In this document: positions 24,756-37,120 of the stretch, piece by piece
How the letters are laid out: the number at the start of each line of letters is the position of its first letter
Position numbering within the stretch: position 1 is the stretch's first letter
NCBI GenBank assembly: GCA_002269645.1
Contig: NIVC01001901.1
Location: 124,001-188,000 of the forward strand
Source: Macrostomum lignano
Lineage: Eukaryota
DNA length: 64,000 nt
Direction: 5' to 3'
The notes under the pieces: generated by a model
Seen by the model: the letters and a program-made list of their open reading frames with translations, nothing else
Database searches by the model: none
What the model was told of the DNA's origin: nothing
Translations under genes and position numbers: made by a program

Positions 24756-24926
24756 CTGCACTGGTACAGCAATGGCACTTGTGTTGATGGGGCCCTCCTT
24801 TGTAGTTGCTTCCTGAAGCCGCCGCTGCTGCTGTTGCTGAAGGTGAAGATGCTCAGCGGCTGTCGTCGCGTTGGGCGCAGCCGCTATTGGAGAGTCGATT
24901 CCTGGTCTGCAGACGCAGCTTCCCAT
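24756..24926 (-). CDS. Probable first coding exon of gene A (MGSCVCRPGIDS...QQQQQ...AIAVPVQ)
   Basis: 57 open codons with a poly-Q tract; CAG|GTAACT donor at 24755; an acceptor (GAGCTCAG) lies 14 nt upstream of the ATG, so the ATG may or may not be the true start. Confidence 0.55.
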
Positions 24927-25615
24927 GCAAACGGCATCACCTGAGCTCGGAGGAAATAGTAAATGGGAAAATATTGCACTTTGCTGCTCAGATTGGCCTA
25001 ATTACATTTCCTGTCCTCACCGAGTCTGCTGCGCTTATCTCTGTAAGCGGTTCTAATGCTATTAAAGTCCTTTGCCTGGCGCTCAGAATCTACCATTTCA
25101 AAGCTGCAAGTAAGTTGGGACTCTTCTGAAATCCACCGGTTGCTTCCTCCTGGGTGGCTCTCCGTTCGAAAATTCAGCCGTGAAGGACAAAATGTTTGGG
25201 CTTTCCTGCGCACACCAGAGGGAGGCGATCCGGCAGTATTTCTTGATCCCTCTTGGCGCACCGTTTCGCTCTTCCGTCACCTCCCACGGAAAAAGACGGC
25301 AGCAGCGTCTCTCTTTTATAATCTCTTCTACCATGAGAGCAGCCTCCGACAAACCCCAGTCTCTGCTCTGCCATTGGGGTCGGGGATTTTGCCAGAGTTG
25401 CCTTTTCATACAGGATGCTGGCTTGAAGCTTCTTTGTGCGCCTGCATGCCTGCTTCCAGCCCCTGGCCCAGATGTGCACTGAGACCACCCAGACCCATTG
25501 TGCAGCAGCACCTAGTGTTGTGGAGGCATCGCTTCAGCGGCCATAGTAACAACGGGTCTTCTTTAAATCTGATTCCCCCTGCCCAACGCAGTGGCTTCAG
25601 CGCATAGCGAGCTTT

Positions 25616-25724
25616 TCAATCTTCATCTTCTGCCTCTCTGAGCTTAAACTGAATCGCTGCTGTCACTGCCGCTGCGACCTCAGCCGCCTCAGCCGTCATA
25701 TCCCTCCCACAGATACTTAAGTAG
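25616..25724 (-). CDS. Putative terminal coding exon of gene B (YLSICGRDMTAEAAEVAAAVTAAIQFKLREAEDED*)
   Basis: TGCAG acceptor at 25726-25725; 35 open codons to TGA at 25618-25616; its phase-2 start matches the 50-nt exon at 26725-26774. Confidence 0.5.
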
Positions 25725-26775
25725 CTGCATGTAGATTGGTCACTTACCGCCTATCTGATGTCACATCCCTCCCACAGATACTTAAGTAACTGCATGTAGA
25801 TTGGTCACTTACCGCCTATCTGATGTCACATCCCTCCCACAGATACTTAAGTAACTGCATGTAGATTGGTCACTTACCGCCTATCTGATGTCACATCCCT
25901 CCCACAGATACTTAAGTAACTGCATGTAGATTGGTCACTTACCGCCTATCTGATGTCACATCCCTCCCACAGATACTTAAGTAACTGCATGTAGATTGGT
26001 CACTTACCGTTTATCTGATGTGATATCCCTCCCACAGATTCTTAAGTAGCTGCATGTAGATTGGTCACTTACCGCCTATCTGATGTCATATCCCTCCCAC
26101 AGATACTTAAGTAGCTGCATGTAGATTGGTCACTTACCGCCTATCTGATGTCACATCCCTCCCACAGATACTTAAGTAACTGCATGTAGATTGGTCACTT
26201 ACCGCCTATCTGATGTCATATCCGTCCCACAGATACTTAAGTAACTGCATGTAGATTGGTCACTTACCGCCTATCTGATGTCACATCCCTCCCACAGATA
26301 CTTAAGTAACTGCATGTAGATTGGTCACTTACCGCCTATCTGATGTCATATCCGTCCCACAGATACTTAAGTAACTGCATGTAGATTGGTCACTTACCGC
26401 CTATCTGATGTCACATCCCTCCCACAGATACTTAAGTAACTGCATGTAGATTGGTCACTTACCGCCTATCTGATGTCACATCCCTCCCACAGATACTTAA
26501 GTAACTGCATGTAGATTGGTCACTTACCGCCTATCTGATGTCATATCTCTCCACAGATACTTAAGTAACTGCATGACGTAGATTGGTCACTTACCGCCTA
26601 TCTGATGTCATATCCCTCCCACAGATACTTAAGTAACTGCATATAGATTGGTCACTTACCGCCTATCTGATGTCACATCCCTCCCACAGATACTTAAGTA
26701 ACTGCATGTAGATTGGTCACTTACCGCCTATCTGATGTCATATCCCTCCCACAGATACCCTGGTACTTAAGTAGC
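25695..26775 (-). repeat. 65-bp minisatellite, 16 units, each a 23-nt GTAAGT..TGCAG segment plus a 42-nt exon-like segment on the minus strand
   Basis: CACTTACC (donor complement) recurs at 25741, 25806 ... 26521, 26588, 26653 and 26718. Confidence 0.95.
26725..26774 (-). CDS. Putative 50-nt exon of gene B (LLKYQGICGRDMTSDR+CG)
   Basis: CCTAAT branch-like motif, AACTTGCAG acceptor (26776-26775), CG|GTAAGT donor at 26724; only the phase-0 frame is open. Confidence 0.5.
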
Positions 26776-27081
26776 TGCAAGTTGATCGGTAAATTAGGCA
26801 TATTTTCTCTGCTCTCAGAAATTTCGAGCCAGCAATGAACTCCCCCCTCAATACTGTTGGCAGTCGATGCGTGACCCTATGCAGCGGGAATCCGCTAAAA
26901 TTGGCAATGACGATGCATCGAAAGCATCGATTTGACTTCCGCTTCCAGCTGGAGTTGAGAAAGCAAAATTTTAGCAGCAAAGCCTGCTTCGCTCTCCAGG
27001 AGTGACATTTTAATTATTAAGCTGCTCAGTTGATTAGCCCGTATGCAATTATTCTCAGTGAACTCACTAATGCGACGCCTC

Positions 27082-27535
27082 AAATAAACACAACACAGCC
27101 ACCTGATTTCTTCACTAATAATGACGCCTCAAATAAACACAACACAGCCACCTCATTTCTTCACTAATAATGACGCCTCAAATAAACACAACACAGCCAC
27201 CTCATTTCTTCACTAATAATGACGCCTCAAATAAACACAACACAGCCACCTCATTTCTTTACTAATAACGACGCCTCAAATAAACAGAACACAATCACCT
27301 GATTTCTTCACTAACAACGACACCTCAAATAAACACAACACAACCACATCATTCCTTCACTAACAACGACACCTCAAATAAACACAACACAACCACATCA
27401 TTCCTTTACTAATAACGACACCTCAAATAAACACAACACAACCACATCATTCCTTCACTAATAACGACACCTCAAATAAACACAACACAACCACATCATT
27501 CCTTCACTAATAACGACACCTCAAATAAACAACAC
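27082..27535. repeat. 49-bp minisatellite (AAATAAACACAACACAGCCACCTCATTTCTTCACTAATAATGACGCCTC), about 9-10 copies
   Basis: Period 49 (27082, 27131, 27180); gradual left-to-right divergence. Confidence 0.9.
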
Positions 27536-29039
27536 AGCTAGGTCACTTTTAGATGTGTAAAATGATAATATTTAGATAGATGTATAAAATCAAATAATGC
27601 ATTCATACTAACCTTCAAAAGGGTGTACGCTTAGACAAAATATTTCGCCGAAACGACACGATAAGAATGCTGGCTCTGTGTGTGCAAAAAAACAATGCGT
27701 AAAATTCTGAGATACAGTGGAATCTCTACCCTTCTGAGTGCCGAGTCAGAGGTAAAATTCACCAAGGGCGCTGGGATGATGCCCCGAGCTCGAGCAATCG
27801 CCAGTCAAGAAATCCACTTTTGATTTCAGCTACTCCGAATCTTTAGTCCTCCGCCCCGCGCCCTCATCCGTTCCCCAAATTTCCTTCCGTCTGCGAGCTT
27901 TCGTCTCGTTGTCCAATCCAGTTCAGCGCCGCGCGACCGAGGGCCTGACGAGAGAGCTTCCTATAGACTTGCTGAGGCTCGGGGATTTAGCGAGGGGAGG
28001 AAGAGCGAGATGAGACATCGGAAGGAAGAGTGGCGAAGGATGCCATGCCGTGGAGTGGGGAAATTTTCAACAGGAAGCGCTGGCAAGAGAGGGAGGGAGA
28101 GGGAGAGCAGCGAAACCTGACTACGGGGCAGGCAAACAGGTGTGGCGGCATATGGGCGCGAGTGAAAACTCCGCATTTGTTTTGAATGTGAAAAAAAACT
28201 GATATACGAGCTAGAAATCGAGGAACGGGAGAGCGGCATTTTTTCAAGCGTAAAACATAAATAGCTCGAAACTAGTGAAAAAATCTTCTGCAAGCTACAA
28301 TCCCAATTTGTTCTAAATTTAACTAACCTAAAAATTGTCAGAGTTTCATTAAAATCTTTCCAACTTTTGTGCTCGCAGATTTGCAAAATTTAAAGTTTGC
28401 ACGGGCAGCCATGATGCTTCGGTCTGTCCGGCTACCTTACCTGAAGAAATTACCGACAAAGCACCAACGCCAAAACCACACTTTCAGTGTATTTTCGGCA
28501 CATTTGTAGCAAAAACAGGCAAAGAATTCTATATTACTGTCCCCGGGCCCCTGACAGTCGAATCCCGTTATCTAATTATTAACAGGACCACAGGTCCATT
28601 TGTCGATTCCGTGTAATTCGAGTGGAAATTAGTCAGTCTGATTTCCGAGTGGCTTTCCACGCACAAAAGATGTTGAATAATGAACTCTGTCTGACGGTAA
28701 TGTCGGCCATTTAGATGAAAAGTCCCAACTAATTTATGAACATTTTTTGTCGCGAACGGGTGGGCCAGACAAGCACAGACAAACTGCACTGAGTTCATCG
28801 GGACCTTTAAAGTATTCGATTTTCCTAGCTAGCTATATTCGTATAGATGAAATAAGTACTTTGGAATATGGCTATAATATTTTAGGTAGAAGTGGTGCGT
28901 TTTAAGTTATTAAGTTTAAGTTATGAATAATTTTTTGTCAACTAAATTTAACCAGTACTAAACTACGAGTAGTTATAAAATACGATGCATGCGTAAACTG
29001 ATCATCGCGGGGGTTGAATACTATACTATTCCTTTTCGC

Positions 29040-29940
29040 TAACAATGTATACTAAACTTGGGGGGGGGGGGTTGAATGCTAGTCCATGTATACTATCTTT
29101 TGGGGGCGGGGTTGAATGCTAGTCCATGTATACTAAACTTTGGGGGGGGGGGTTGAATGCTAGTCCATGTATACTAAACTTTGGGGGCGGGGGGTTGAAT
29201 GCTAGTCCATGTATACTAAAGTTTGGGGGGGTTGAATGCTAGTCCATGTATACTAAACTTTGGGGGGGTTGAATGCTAGTCCATGTATACTAAACTTTGG
29301 GGGGGGGTTGAATGCTAGTCCATGTATACTAAACTTTGGGGGGGGGGTTGAATGCTAGTCCATGTATACTAAACTTTGGGGGCGGGGGGGTTGAATGCTA
29401 GTTCATGTATACTAAACTTTGGGGGCGGGGGTTGAATGCTAGTCCATGTATACTAAACTTTGGGGGGTTGAATGCTAGTCCATGTATACTAAACTTTGGG
29501 GGCGGGGGGTTGAATGCTAGTCCATGTATACTAAAGTTTGGGGGGTTGAATGCTAGTCCATGTATACTAAACTTTGGGGGCGGGGGGTTGAATGCTAGTC
29601 CATGTATACTAAAGTTTGGGGGGGTTGAATGCTAGTCCATGTATACTAAACTTTGGGGGCGGGGGTTGAATGCTAGTCCATGTATACTAAAGTTTGGGGG
29701 GGTTGAATGCTAGTCCATGTATACTAAACTTTGGGGGGGTTGAATGCTAGTCCATGTATACTAAACTTTGGGGGGGGGGTTGAATGCTAGTCCATGTATA
29801 CTAAACTTTGGGGGGGGGTTGAATGCTAGTCCATGTATACTAAACTTTGGGGGGCGGGGGTTGAATGCTAGTCCATGTATACTAAACTTTGGGGGGCGGG
29901 GGGGGGGTTGAATGCTAGTCCATGTATACTAAAGTTTGGA
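29040..29940. repeat. ~33-38 bp minisatellite TTGAATGCTAGTCCATGTATACTAAA(C/G)TTT + variable G-run, about 25 copies
   Basis: Constant core with G-runs of varying length, some interrupted by C. Confidence 0.95.
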
Positions 29941-30494
29941 CTTTGGGAGGGTGGTTGAATACCAGTCTATGTTCGAGCGTATATTGAAAGGGGCTGTTCT
30001 TGAATACTGAACGTCGAAAACTTATTGGTTTATCTACTTGTTGTATAATAATACTCCGGGGTAGTCTGCACTTTAAAACCTTAATTACTACTTTAGAATA
30101 TTCATGTAAAAAAGCGACACCACAAAATTCACTAAATTTTTATTTAAGGCCAACTTTTTAAACCTTTCCGTGACTTCCAACTGCATATGCATAATTTGGA
30201 AGAATTGGATTTATATAATTCTAATACTAATATTAGATTAATCCCCAAGATTTTTCATGCTTTTTTTCATGCTGAAGATACAAATGCAAGAAAACTTTTT
30301 CAATGAACGCATTCAATATTTGCATTACTTATAGTAGTAGTGTCAGTTAAACGAATCTCTGCCGGTTTTTTGTAAATAAAGCCGGGAAAATTTTGAGTGC
30401 TTTACCAAAGTACGAGTAACACGCAACACGTCAGCCTCACGTCCTCCACTTCGACTGGCCAGTTCAATAAAATAAATATTTTAATTTCCACACG

Positions 30495-30832
30495 CAGATT
30501 AATTTTTTAATAAATTTTTATTCGAGGCAGGGGGCTGTGTGCGCCCTGACGCACTCTAAGTGACAACTAATCCCAATCTGCCGACTCCCCTGAGCAGGCA
30601 CACAAGCGTGCGGATACGTACGCAGTCAGACGCACAGGTGCACACTCACACAGGAGTGTAAAGCGGCCCCAACTTTATTTATCGTTAGGCATGTACACTT
30701 CATTGTGCCTTGAGCAGAGAGACCCAAGCCGAGATTCCAATTTAGCTTCAAATTAATGCGACTGCACTTGGAATCGAGCCTGGGCCGCTGGCACAGCAGA
30801 GCGCCGCGCTAGACTATTAGGCTGCGCCTCCC
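30495..30832 (-). mobile_element. Putative tRNA-derived SINE, copy 1
   Basis: Minus strand begins GGGAGGCGCAGCCTAATAGTCTAGCGCGG (A-box-like), then GGCTCGATTCC (B-box-like), ends in an AATAAA/A-rich tail; homologous to 34597-34790. Confidence 0.6.
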
Positions 30833-31579
30833 TGTAGTACCATGATAATTTTTACGTAGCTACCGTGAGGGTCACCAAAAGCAGAAGTTCCCAGTTGCTC
30901 GTGGATGCACTGCATAAGCTACATAATAGTAGCGGACACGGCTTCCTTTTCGACTTGCCTGTCCTCAGCAAGTCTGTGAAATAAGTTGAAAAAGGCGCCG
31001 AATGGTCTTCGCTCTTCTCTCTCTTTTTCGCTGTCCTTTTCTCTGGTTAGCCCAGCAGCAAAGCGACAGAGATTAGACTGCGCAAAATCCCTTTGGCTTT
31101 TTGGACATTGAAGGCGCAAAGGAGGGGGTGGAGTGGCCGTCTGCTTCCGTCCTTGGCTCTCTTTCCTCTTTTAGCTGTAAGCCGCTTTGTGAGACCGACA
31201 GAGAGGCGGCGCTTCTTTGCCATTGCGGGAGATGCTGCACCACACTCGAGTCTTGTCGAGCCTTCAAATTACTGAAGAAGAGAGGGCCTCCCCTGGCCAG
31301 AATAAGTGGGAGAGAGAGCCGGGCTTGAGGACTACCGCCCATACCAGCAAATAGGGATCATCAGAGCAGGGAGCGCGTAGCTCTCTGAAATAGCTGAGCA
31401 TCTGCTTTGCTCAGAACTGCAGCTGTTGTTGCGGATTTTCTATTAGTTACACTTAAATGACCAATTACAACTATTCTGAGTAAGAGATTGTGTTCATCTG
31501 TAGACAGTCAATGAAAATTGTTCAAGAAGTCAATTTTCGGGTGGTAAATGGACACTAAACAGGCATTGAGAAGGTGTTA

Positions 31580-32500
31580 AAATGATCAACAATAGACACT
31601 GGACAGACATTGAGCTGATCAACAATGGTCACTGGACAGACATTGAGCTGATCAACAATGGTCACTGGACAGACATTGAGCTGATCAACAATGGTCACTG
31701 GACAGACATTGAGCTGATCAACAATGGTCACTGGACAGACATTGAGCTGATCAACAATAGACACTGGACAGACATTGAGCTGATCAACAATGGTCACTGG
31801 ACAGACATTGAGCTGATCAACAATGGTCACTGGACAGACATTGAGCTGATCAACAATAGACACTGGACAGACATTGAGCTGATCAACAATAGACACTGGA
31901 CAGACATTGAGCTGATCAACAATAGACACTGGACAGATATTGAGCTGATCAACAATAGACACTGGACAGACATTGAGCTGATCAACAATAGACACTGGAC
32001 AGACATTGAGCTGATCAACAATGGACACTGGACAGACATTGAGCTGATCAACAATAGACACTGGACAGACATTGAGCTGATCAACAATAGACACTGGACA
32101 GATATTGAGCTGATCAACAATAGACACTGGACAGACATTGAGCTGATCAACAATGGTCACTGGACAGACATTGAGCTGATCAACAATGGTCACTGGACAG
32201 ACATTGAGCTGATCAACAATAGACACTGGACAGACATTGAGCTGATCAACAATGGTCACTGGACAGACATTGAGCTGATCAACAATGGACACTGGACAGA
32301 TATTGAGCTGATCAACAATAGACACTGGACAGACATTGAGCTGATCAACAATGGACACTGGACAGATATTGAGCTGATCAACAATAGACACTGGACAGAC
32401 ATTGAGCTGATCAACAGTGGTCACTGGACAGACATTGAGCTGATCAACAATAGACACTGGACAGATATTGAGCTGATTAACAATGGACACTGGACACACA
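31580..32500. repeat. 33-bp minisatellite (AACAAT(AGA/GGT)CACTGGACAGACATTGAGCTGATC), about 28 copies
   Basis: Directly visible; explains the 11-aa repeat ORFs on both strands. Confidence 0.95.
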
Positions 32501-33128
32501 TAAAGTCTGTTCAAACGACTTAGAGGTCAGGTATTTAAAACAAAGTAACCAAAATTTGTCGATGTTCTGTGTTGAACTGCTGCAGGCATTCTCATTAGAC
32601 GCGTAGCTCCATTGAATTGCTGCTCCTGTTGCATTGCATTTCCCTTTTCTCCAACAGCTCTTGACGAGAGCAGGACGACTCAGCCATGCGGCCCCACTGC
32701 GTAGGAGGAAGCGAACGGCCCTCGCATGCGACAGCAGACGACGAGCCGAAGGACGGCTTAAGTCGGCTCTCCGATCCCTTCCCCTTCCCCATCGGGTGCT
32801 TGCGCTACGCACGCCTAAGTTTCATTTCTCTCCTTCACCCTCCCCATTCTCCCCGTCTCTCTTCACTGCACAGCGAATTCGTTGAGCCATGGAATTCTAG
32901 ATGCAGCATCTGGAGTGAAAACCTCGGACCCCCATTCTTCTGAGTTTTTTTACATTTTGTCACGACTTTAAAAAGCGCATGTGGAAAAAATAAGGATAGC
33001 TTCTTTTGGGTTTATTCAATTTTTAAAGTTGTTTTTTAATTTTTATGCCAAAATAAACTTCGGTCTGTTAAATTCTATGAATTTTATAGCAAAGGCATCG
33101 CTGAAAATCTAAAAAAGGCGGCCATATT

Positions 33129-33680
33129 NNNNNNNNNNNNNNNNNNNNNNNNNNNNNNNNNNNNNNNNNNNNNNNNNNNNNNNNNNNNNNNNNNNNNNNN
33201 NNNNNNNNNNNNNNNNNNNNNNNNNNNNNNNNNNNNNNNNNNNNNNNNNNNNNNNNNNNNNNNNNNNNNNNNNNNNNNNNNNNNNNNNNNNNNNNNNNNN
33301 NNNNNNNNNNNNNNNNNNNNNNNNNNNNNNNNNNNNNNNNNNNNNNNNNNNNNNNNNNNNNNNNNNNNNNNNNNNNNNNNNNNNNNNNNNNNNNNNNNNN
33401 NNNNNNNNNNNNNNNNNNNNNNNNNNNNNNNNNNNNNNNNNNNNNNNNNNNNNNNNNNNNNNNNNNNNNNNNNNNNNNNNNNNNNNNNNNNNNNNNNNNN
33501 NNNNNNNNNNNNNNNNNNNNNNNNNNNNNNNNNNNNNNNNNNNNNNNNNNNNNNNNNNNNNNNNNNNNNNNNNNNNNNNNNNNNNNNNNNNNNNNNNNNN
33601 NNNNNNNNNNNNNNNNNNNNNNNNNNNNNNNNNNNNNNNNNNNNNNNNNNNNNNNNNNNNNNNNNNNNNNNNNNNNNNNN
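33129..33680. other. Assembly gap (552 N)
   Basis: Run of N. Confidence 1.
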
Positions 33681-34394
33681 AAAAGAGTTCGAAAAGTGAA
33701 CGCTAGTAGCCACTAACGCACCGCAGTTACATGGAATTCTATTTTAAAAGGTCCAACTTTGCTTTAAAATGCATTAGGAGTTTGGCTTTTTCACTTTTGC
33801 ACAAACAGCATCAGGTGAGCCTGGCTTCAATCAATCAATGGAAGCGCATAGACTAAGACACGCACTGAGTATTTAATACGCTCGTAACGCCTGCCTCGGT
33901 AATGCATTTTCAAGTGTTGGTCCTGTTGCTAACCAGATTCCTTGTGTAAGCTGGTTTCTTAGTTACTGGCTGTTAAATTTTCAGATTCGTGTTTGGATAA
34001 GAACTCGTCTGGCTTTAGACATGCCCTGTCTGCACTACTGACAGTAGTTGAAGTCCAAGTTTTTTAAATTATTTTAATGTTGTACCTCGCTCACACAGCG
34101 TCCAGTATCCCCAGAAATAGTTACCCACTGCCGAAGCAGAACAATTCTTGAAATTATCCTAATGCAAAGAATTCTTAGTACTGTAGTAGTCACCTGAAAA
34201 TCTGCTTAAATGCATATCCTTTTAAGCCCTCTCTAATTCAGCATGTAGCCAGAAACTAAGAGTACAAACTTGCTATTTTTTATGAAGCATGAAATATAAT
34301 ATAAGATGCACGATGTCTCGGTTTCCACCGGATTGCGGTAACTCAGAGCTTTGTTGAGTTCTTATTACTGACCCCTGTTGACTCATCTCTGCTT

Positions 34395-34550
34395 GTCTTG
34401 GCGACCCTGGATGATTGGGTGAGGGGTTGGCGACCCTTGATGATTGGGTGAGGGTTTGGCGACCCTGGATGATTGGATGAGGGGTTTGGCGACCCTGGAT
34501 GATTGGGTGAGGGGGTTGGCGACCCTGGATGATTGGGTGAGGGGGTTGGC
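34395..34550. repeat. ~30-bp minisatellite (GGCGACCCTGGATGATTGGGTGAGGGG(G)TT), about 5 copies
   Basis: Directly visible. Confidence 0.85.
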
Positions 34551-34596
34551 GCGACTTGGCCACCATGATGACGGTTCTGTCGCACATGGGCGAGCA

Positions 34597-34790
34597 GGGC
34601 AGGTCCAGTGGTCTGGCGCGGCGCTCTGACGGGCCCAGGCTCGATTCTAAGTGCAGTCGCATTAATTTGGGGCTAAATCTTGGCTCTCTTCTCGTGCAAT
34701 TAACGCGCTTGAGGGCCAACCTCCAAGGCACAGTGAAGTGTACATGCCTAACGAAAAATAAAGTCAGGGCCGCTGTACACAGCTCCTGTA
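34597..34790 (+). mobile_element. Putative tRNA-derived SINE, copy 2 (partial)
   Basis: CCAGTGGTCTGGCGCGGCGCTCTG...CCCAGGCTCGATTCTAAGTGCAGTCGCATTAATTTG...AAGGCACAGTGAAGTGTACATGCCTAACGA matches the reverse complement of about 30660-30830. Confidence 0.6.
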
Positions 34791-35559
34791 CACTATACAC
34801 ACTGCTCACACTGGGTGTACAGCAGCCCAGGCTTTCTTTTCATCAGTCGTGTACACTCTCTGTACCTTGGGGGGGGGGGCTGGCCCTCATAGGAGGGAAC
34901 CGCCCATGAATTGATTTGCAGGGAAAATGCAAAAACAAAAACCTATGAAAAATTTCCAGACGCTCCTTTGTTCCTGACCGGAGCTTTGACTCGAAAATTC
35001 TTTTTTAAAAACAAACCAATGCTCCGGTTCACATCGCAAAATATTCTTCAAAGATCTTCAAAGAAATTCCCAGGGGCGATAGGAGATTAAAAATGCAGCA
35101 GCACAGACAGTTTTGTCTCGAATTAAATTCAATAAAATTCTGTCAATAACAAGCTGACAGTTAATTCACTTCTTTCTTGTTGCAAAACAAAAAAACTGCA
35201 CCTACTTCTAGTACCAATAACGAAGCAAAAGTAGTCTACAAAGTTCTATCCGTGACGCAAAACTGTACATTGAGAGATATGCAGATCAGATTTCTCAGGT
35301 TAACAAAAATCAACGTAACAAGTTTATTGTAAAAATACAGATTCACCTTCGATACAATGGAAGTTGTTGATAAGGAGATCCGTTTGATGACGCCACTGGC
35401 AGCTGACGAATTGCGTGCAGCAGCGCCTTTCCGGGAAATACAATATTTCTCACCCTCATCTCCGTGTTTGCATTTTGCTTCTAGTTGTTCCAACACCTGG
35501 AACCTGCACTGAACAGTGTTTGATTAGCAGTAGCGTTTGCGCCTACGGCTGGGCCACAG

Positions 35560-36050
35560 ACAATTCCCATGTGCTGACTGTTTGGCCATAGACAGTTCCC
35601 AGGTGCTGACTGCTGGGCCATAGACAGTTGCCATATGCTGATTGCTTGGCCATAGACAGTTCCCAGGTGCTGATTGCTGGGCCATAGAAAGTTCCCAGGT
35701 GCTGACTGCTGGGCCATAGACAGTTCCCATGTGCTGATTGCTGGGCCATAGACAGTTCCCAAGTGCTGACTGCTGGGCCATAGACAGTTCCCATGTGCTG
35801 ATTGCTGGGCCATAGACAGTTCCCAAGTGCTGACTGCTGGGCCATAGACAGTTCCCATGTGCTGATTGCTGGGCCATAGACAGTTCCCAAGTGCTGACTG
35901 CTGGGCCATAGACAGTTCCCATGTGCTGATTGCTGGGCCATAGACAGTTCCCATGTGCTGATTGCTGGGCCATAGACAGTTCCCAAGTGCCAACTCCTGG
36001 GCCATTTCCAACACTTCCAAGACTGGCCATAGATAGTTCCCATCTGAATA
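35560..36050. repeat. 32-bp minisatellite (TGCTGGGCCATAGACAGTTCCCA(T/A/G)GTGCTGA(T/C)), about 14 copies
   Basis: Directly visible. Confidence 0.9.
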
Positions 36051-36679
36051 CAGTCAAATAAGGGATTATTTTTATAATTAAAAACCATTGGAAACTCCAC
36101 AACTAAGTAATAAAATGATGCCGAATTGCCATGATAAATTGTCATGAAGATGTATATATTATAATATAATGCATCTATAACAGTATTGCACGGAATGGAA
36201 TTACGGAATATAACAACATTTATAATAGATAAGCACATTTAGTTCATAAACAGTTTACTTAGTAAAAATTTTCCTGACAATTATAGACAGACACTGTTTG
36301 TTTCACAAATAAATATAAGTTGTTTTAAACTTATTCTGTTACTCCAGAATGTGCAAGAGGACAATAACAAGTTACTATATTCAAACTTTCGATGCAGAAA
36401 CTAATTAGTTAGTTGCTAAACTACATGTGCTAAGATATCGAATAGGTTGGGCACAGGACATTGAAGTGAAATGAAGCATTTTAAGTGGAACACGGAATAG
36501 CAATCAAAATGGTTTGCGCCGTCAGTTAGACCGGCTTTTCTCATTCAGTTCCAGACAATCTTTTGACAATTCTGTATGGGACAAAATAACAGGTGTTTCT
36601 GGGTCTGCATCACAACAATAGTTTGAGGAAGTTTGCAGTTCGAGAAAGGAGAAACGTTCGAGAATAGACAGGGATCTGG

Positions 36680-37120
36680 GAAATGGGATTTCAAGAATTG
36701 GGGGTTGCAGGAAATGCTGTTTTGGGAAATGGAAATTCTGGAAATGGGGATTTCAGTTAATGGGGAATTCTGGAATGGGAGATTCTGGGAATGGGGAATT
36801 CTGGGAGTAGGAAATTCTGGGGAAGGGAAATTCTGGGAATGGGGAATTCTGGGAATGGGGGATTCTGGGAATGGGGGATTCTGGAAATGGCGATGTCAGT
36901 TAATGGGAAATTATGGGAATGGGGAATTCTGGAAGAGGGAAATCCTGGGAATGGGAAGTTCTGGGAATGGGGAGTTCTGGAATGGGGAGTTCTGAGAATA
37001 AGGAATAATGGGAATGGGGAATCTGGGAATTAGAAAATAGAGGGACAAGGAATTAAAGGGGATTAGGGATTTCTGGGATTGGGAATTCAGGAAATGGGAA
37101 TTTCTAGGATTGGGAATTCG
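36680..37120. repeat. Degenerate GGGAAT/TTCTGG low-complexity repeat
   Basis: Directly visible. Confidence 0.8.

Noticed and set aside
31048-31224. 58-codon basic ORF MAKKRRLSVGLTKRLTAKRGKRAK... on the minus strand
   Set aside because: No recognisable domain or splice support; cannot be distinguished from chance
31555-32523. INNRHWTDIEL / VCPVSIVDQLN repeat proteins
   Set aside because: 33-bp minisatellite open on both strands; no splice or start context; unlike the 65-bp array it has no embedded GT-AG pattern that I could see
33084-33713. 209-aa ORF
   Set aside because: Spans the N gap
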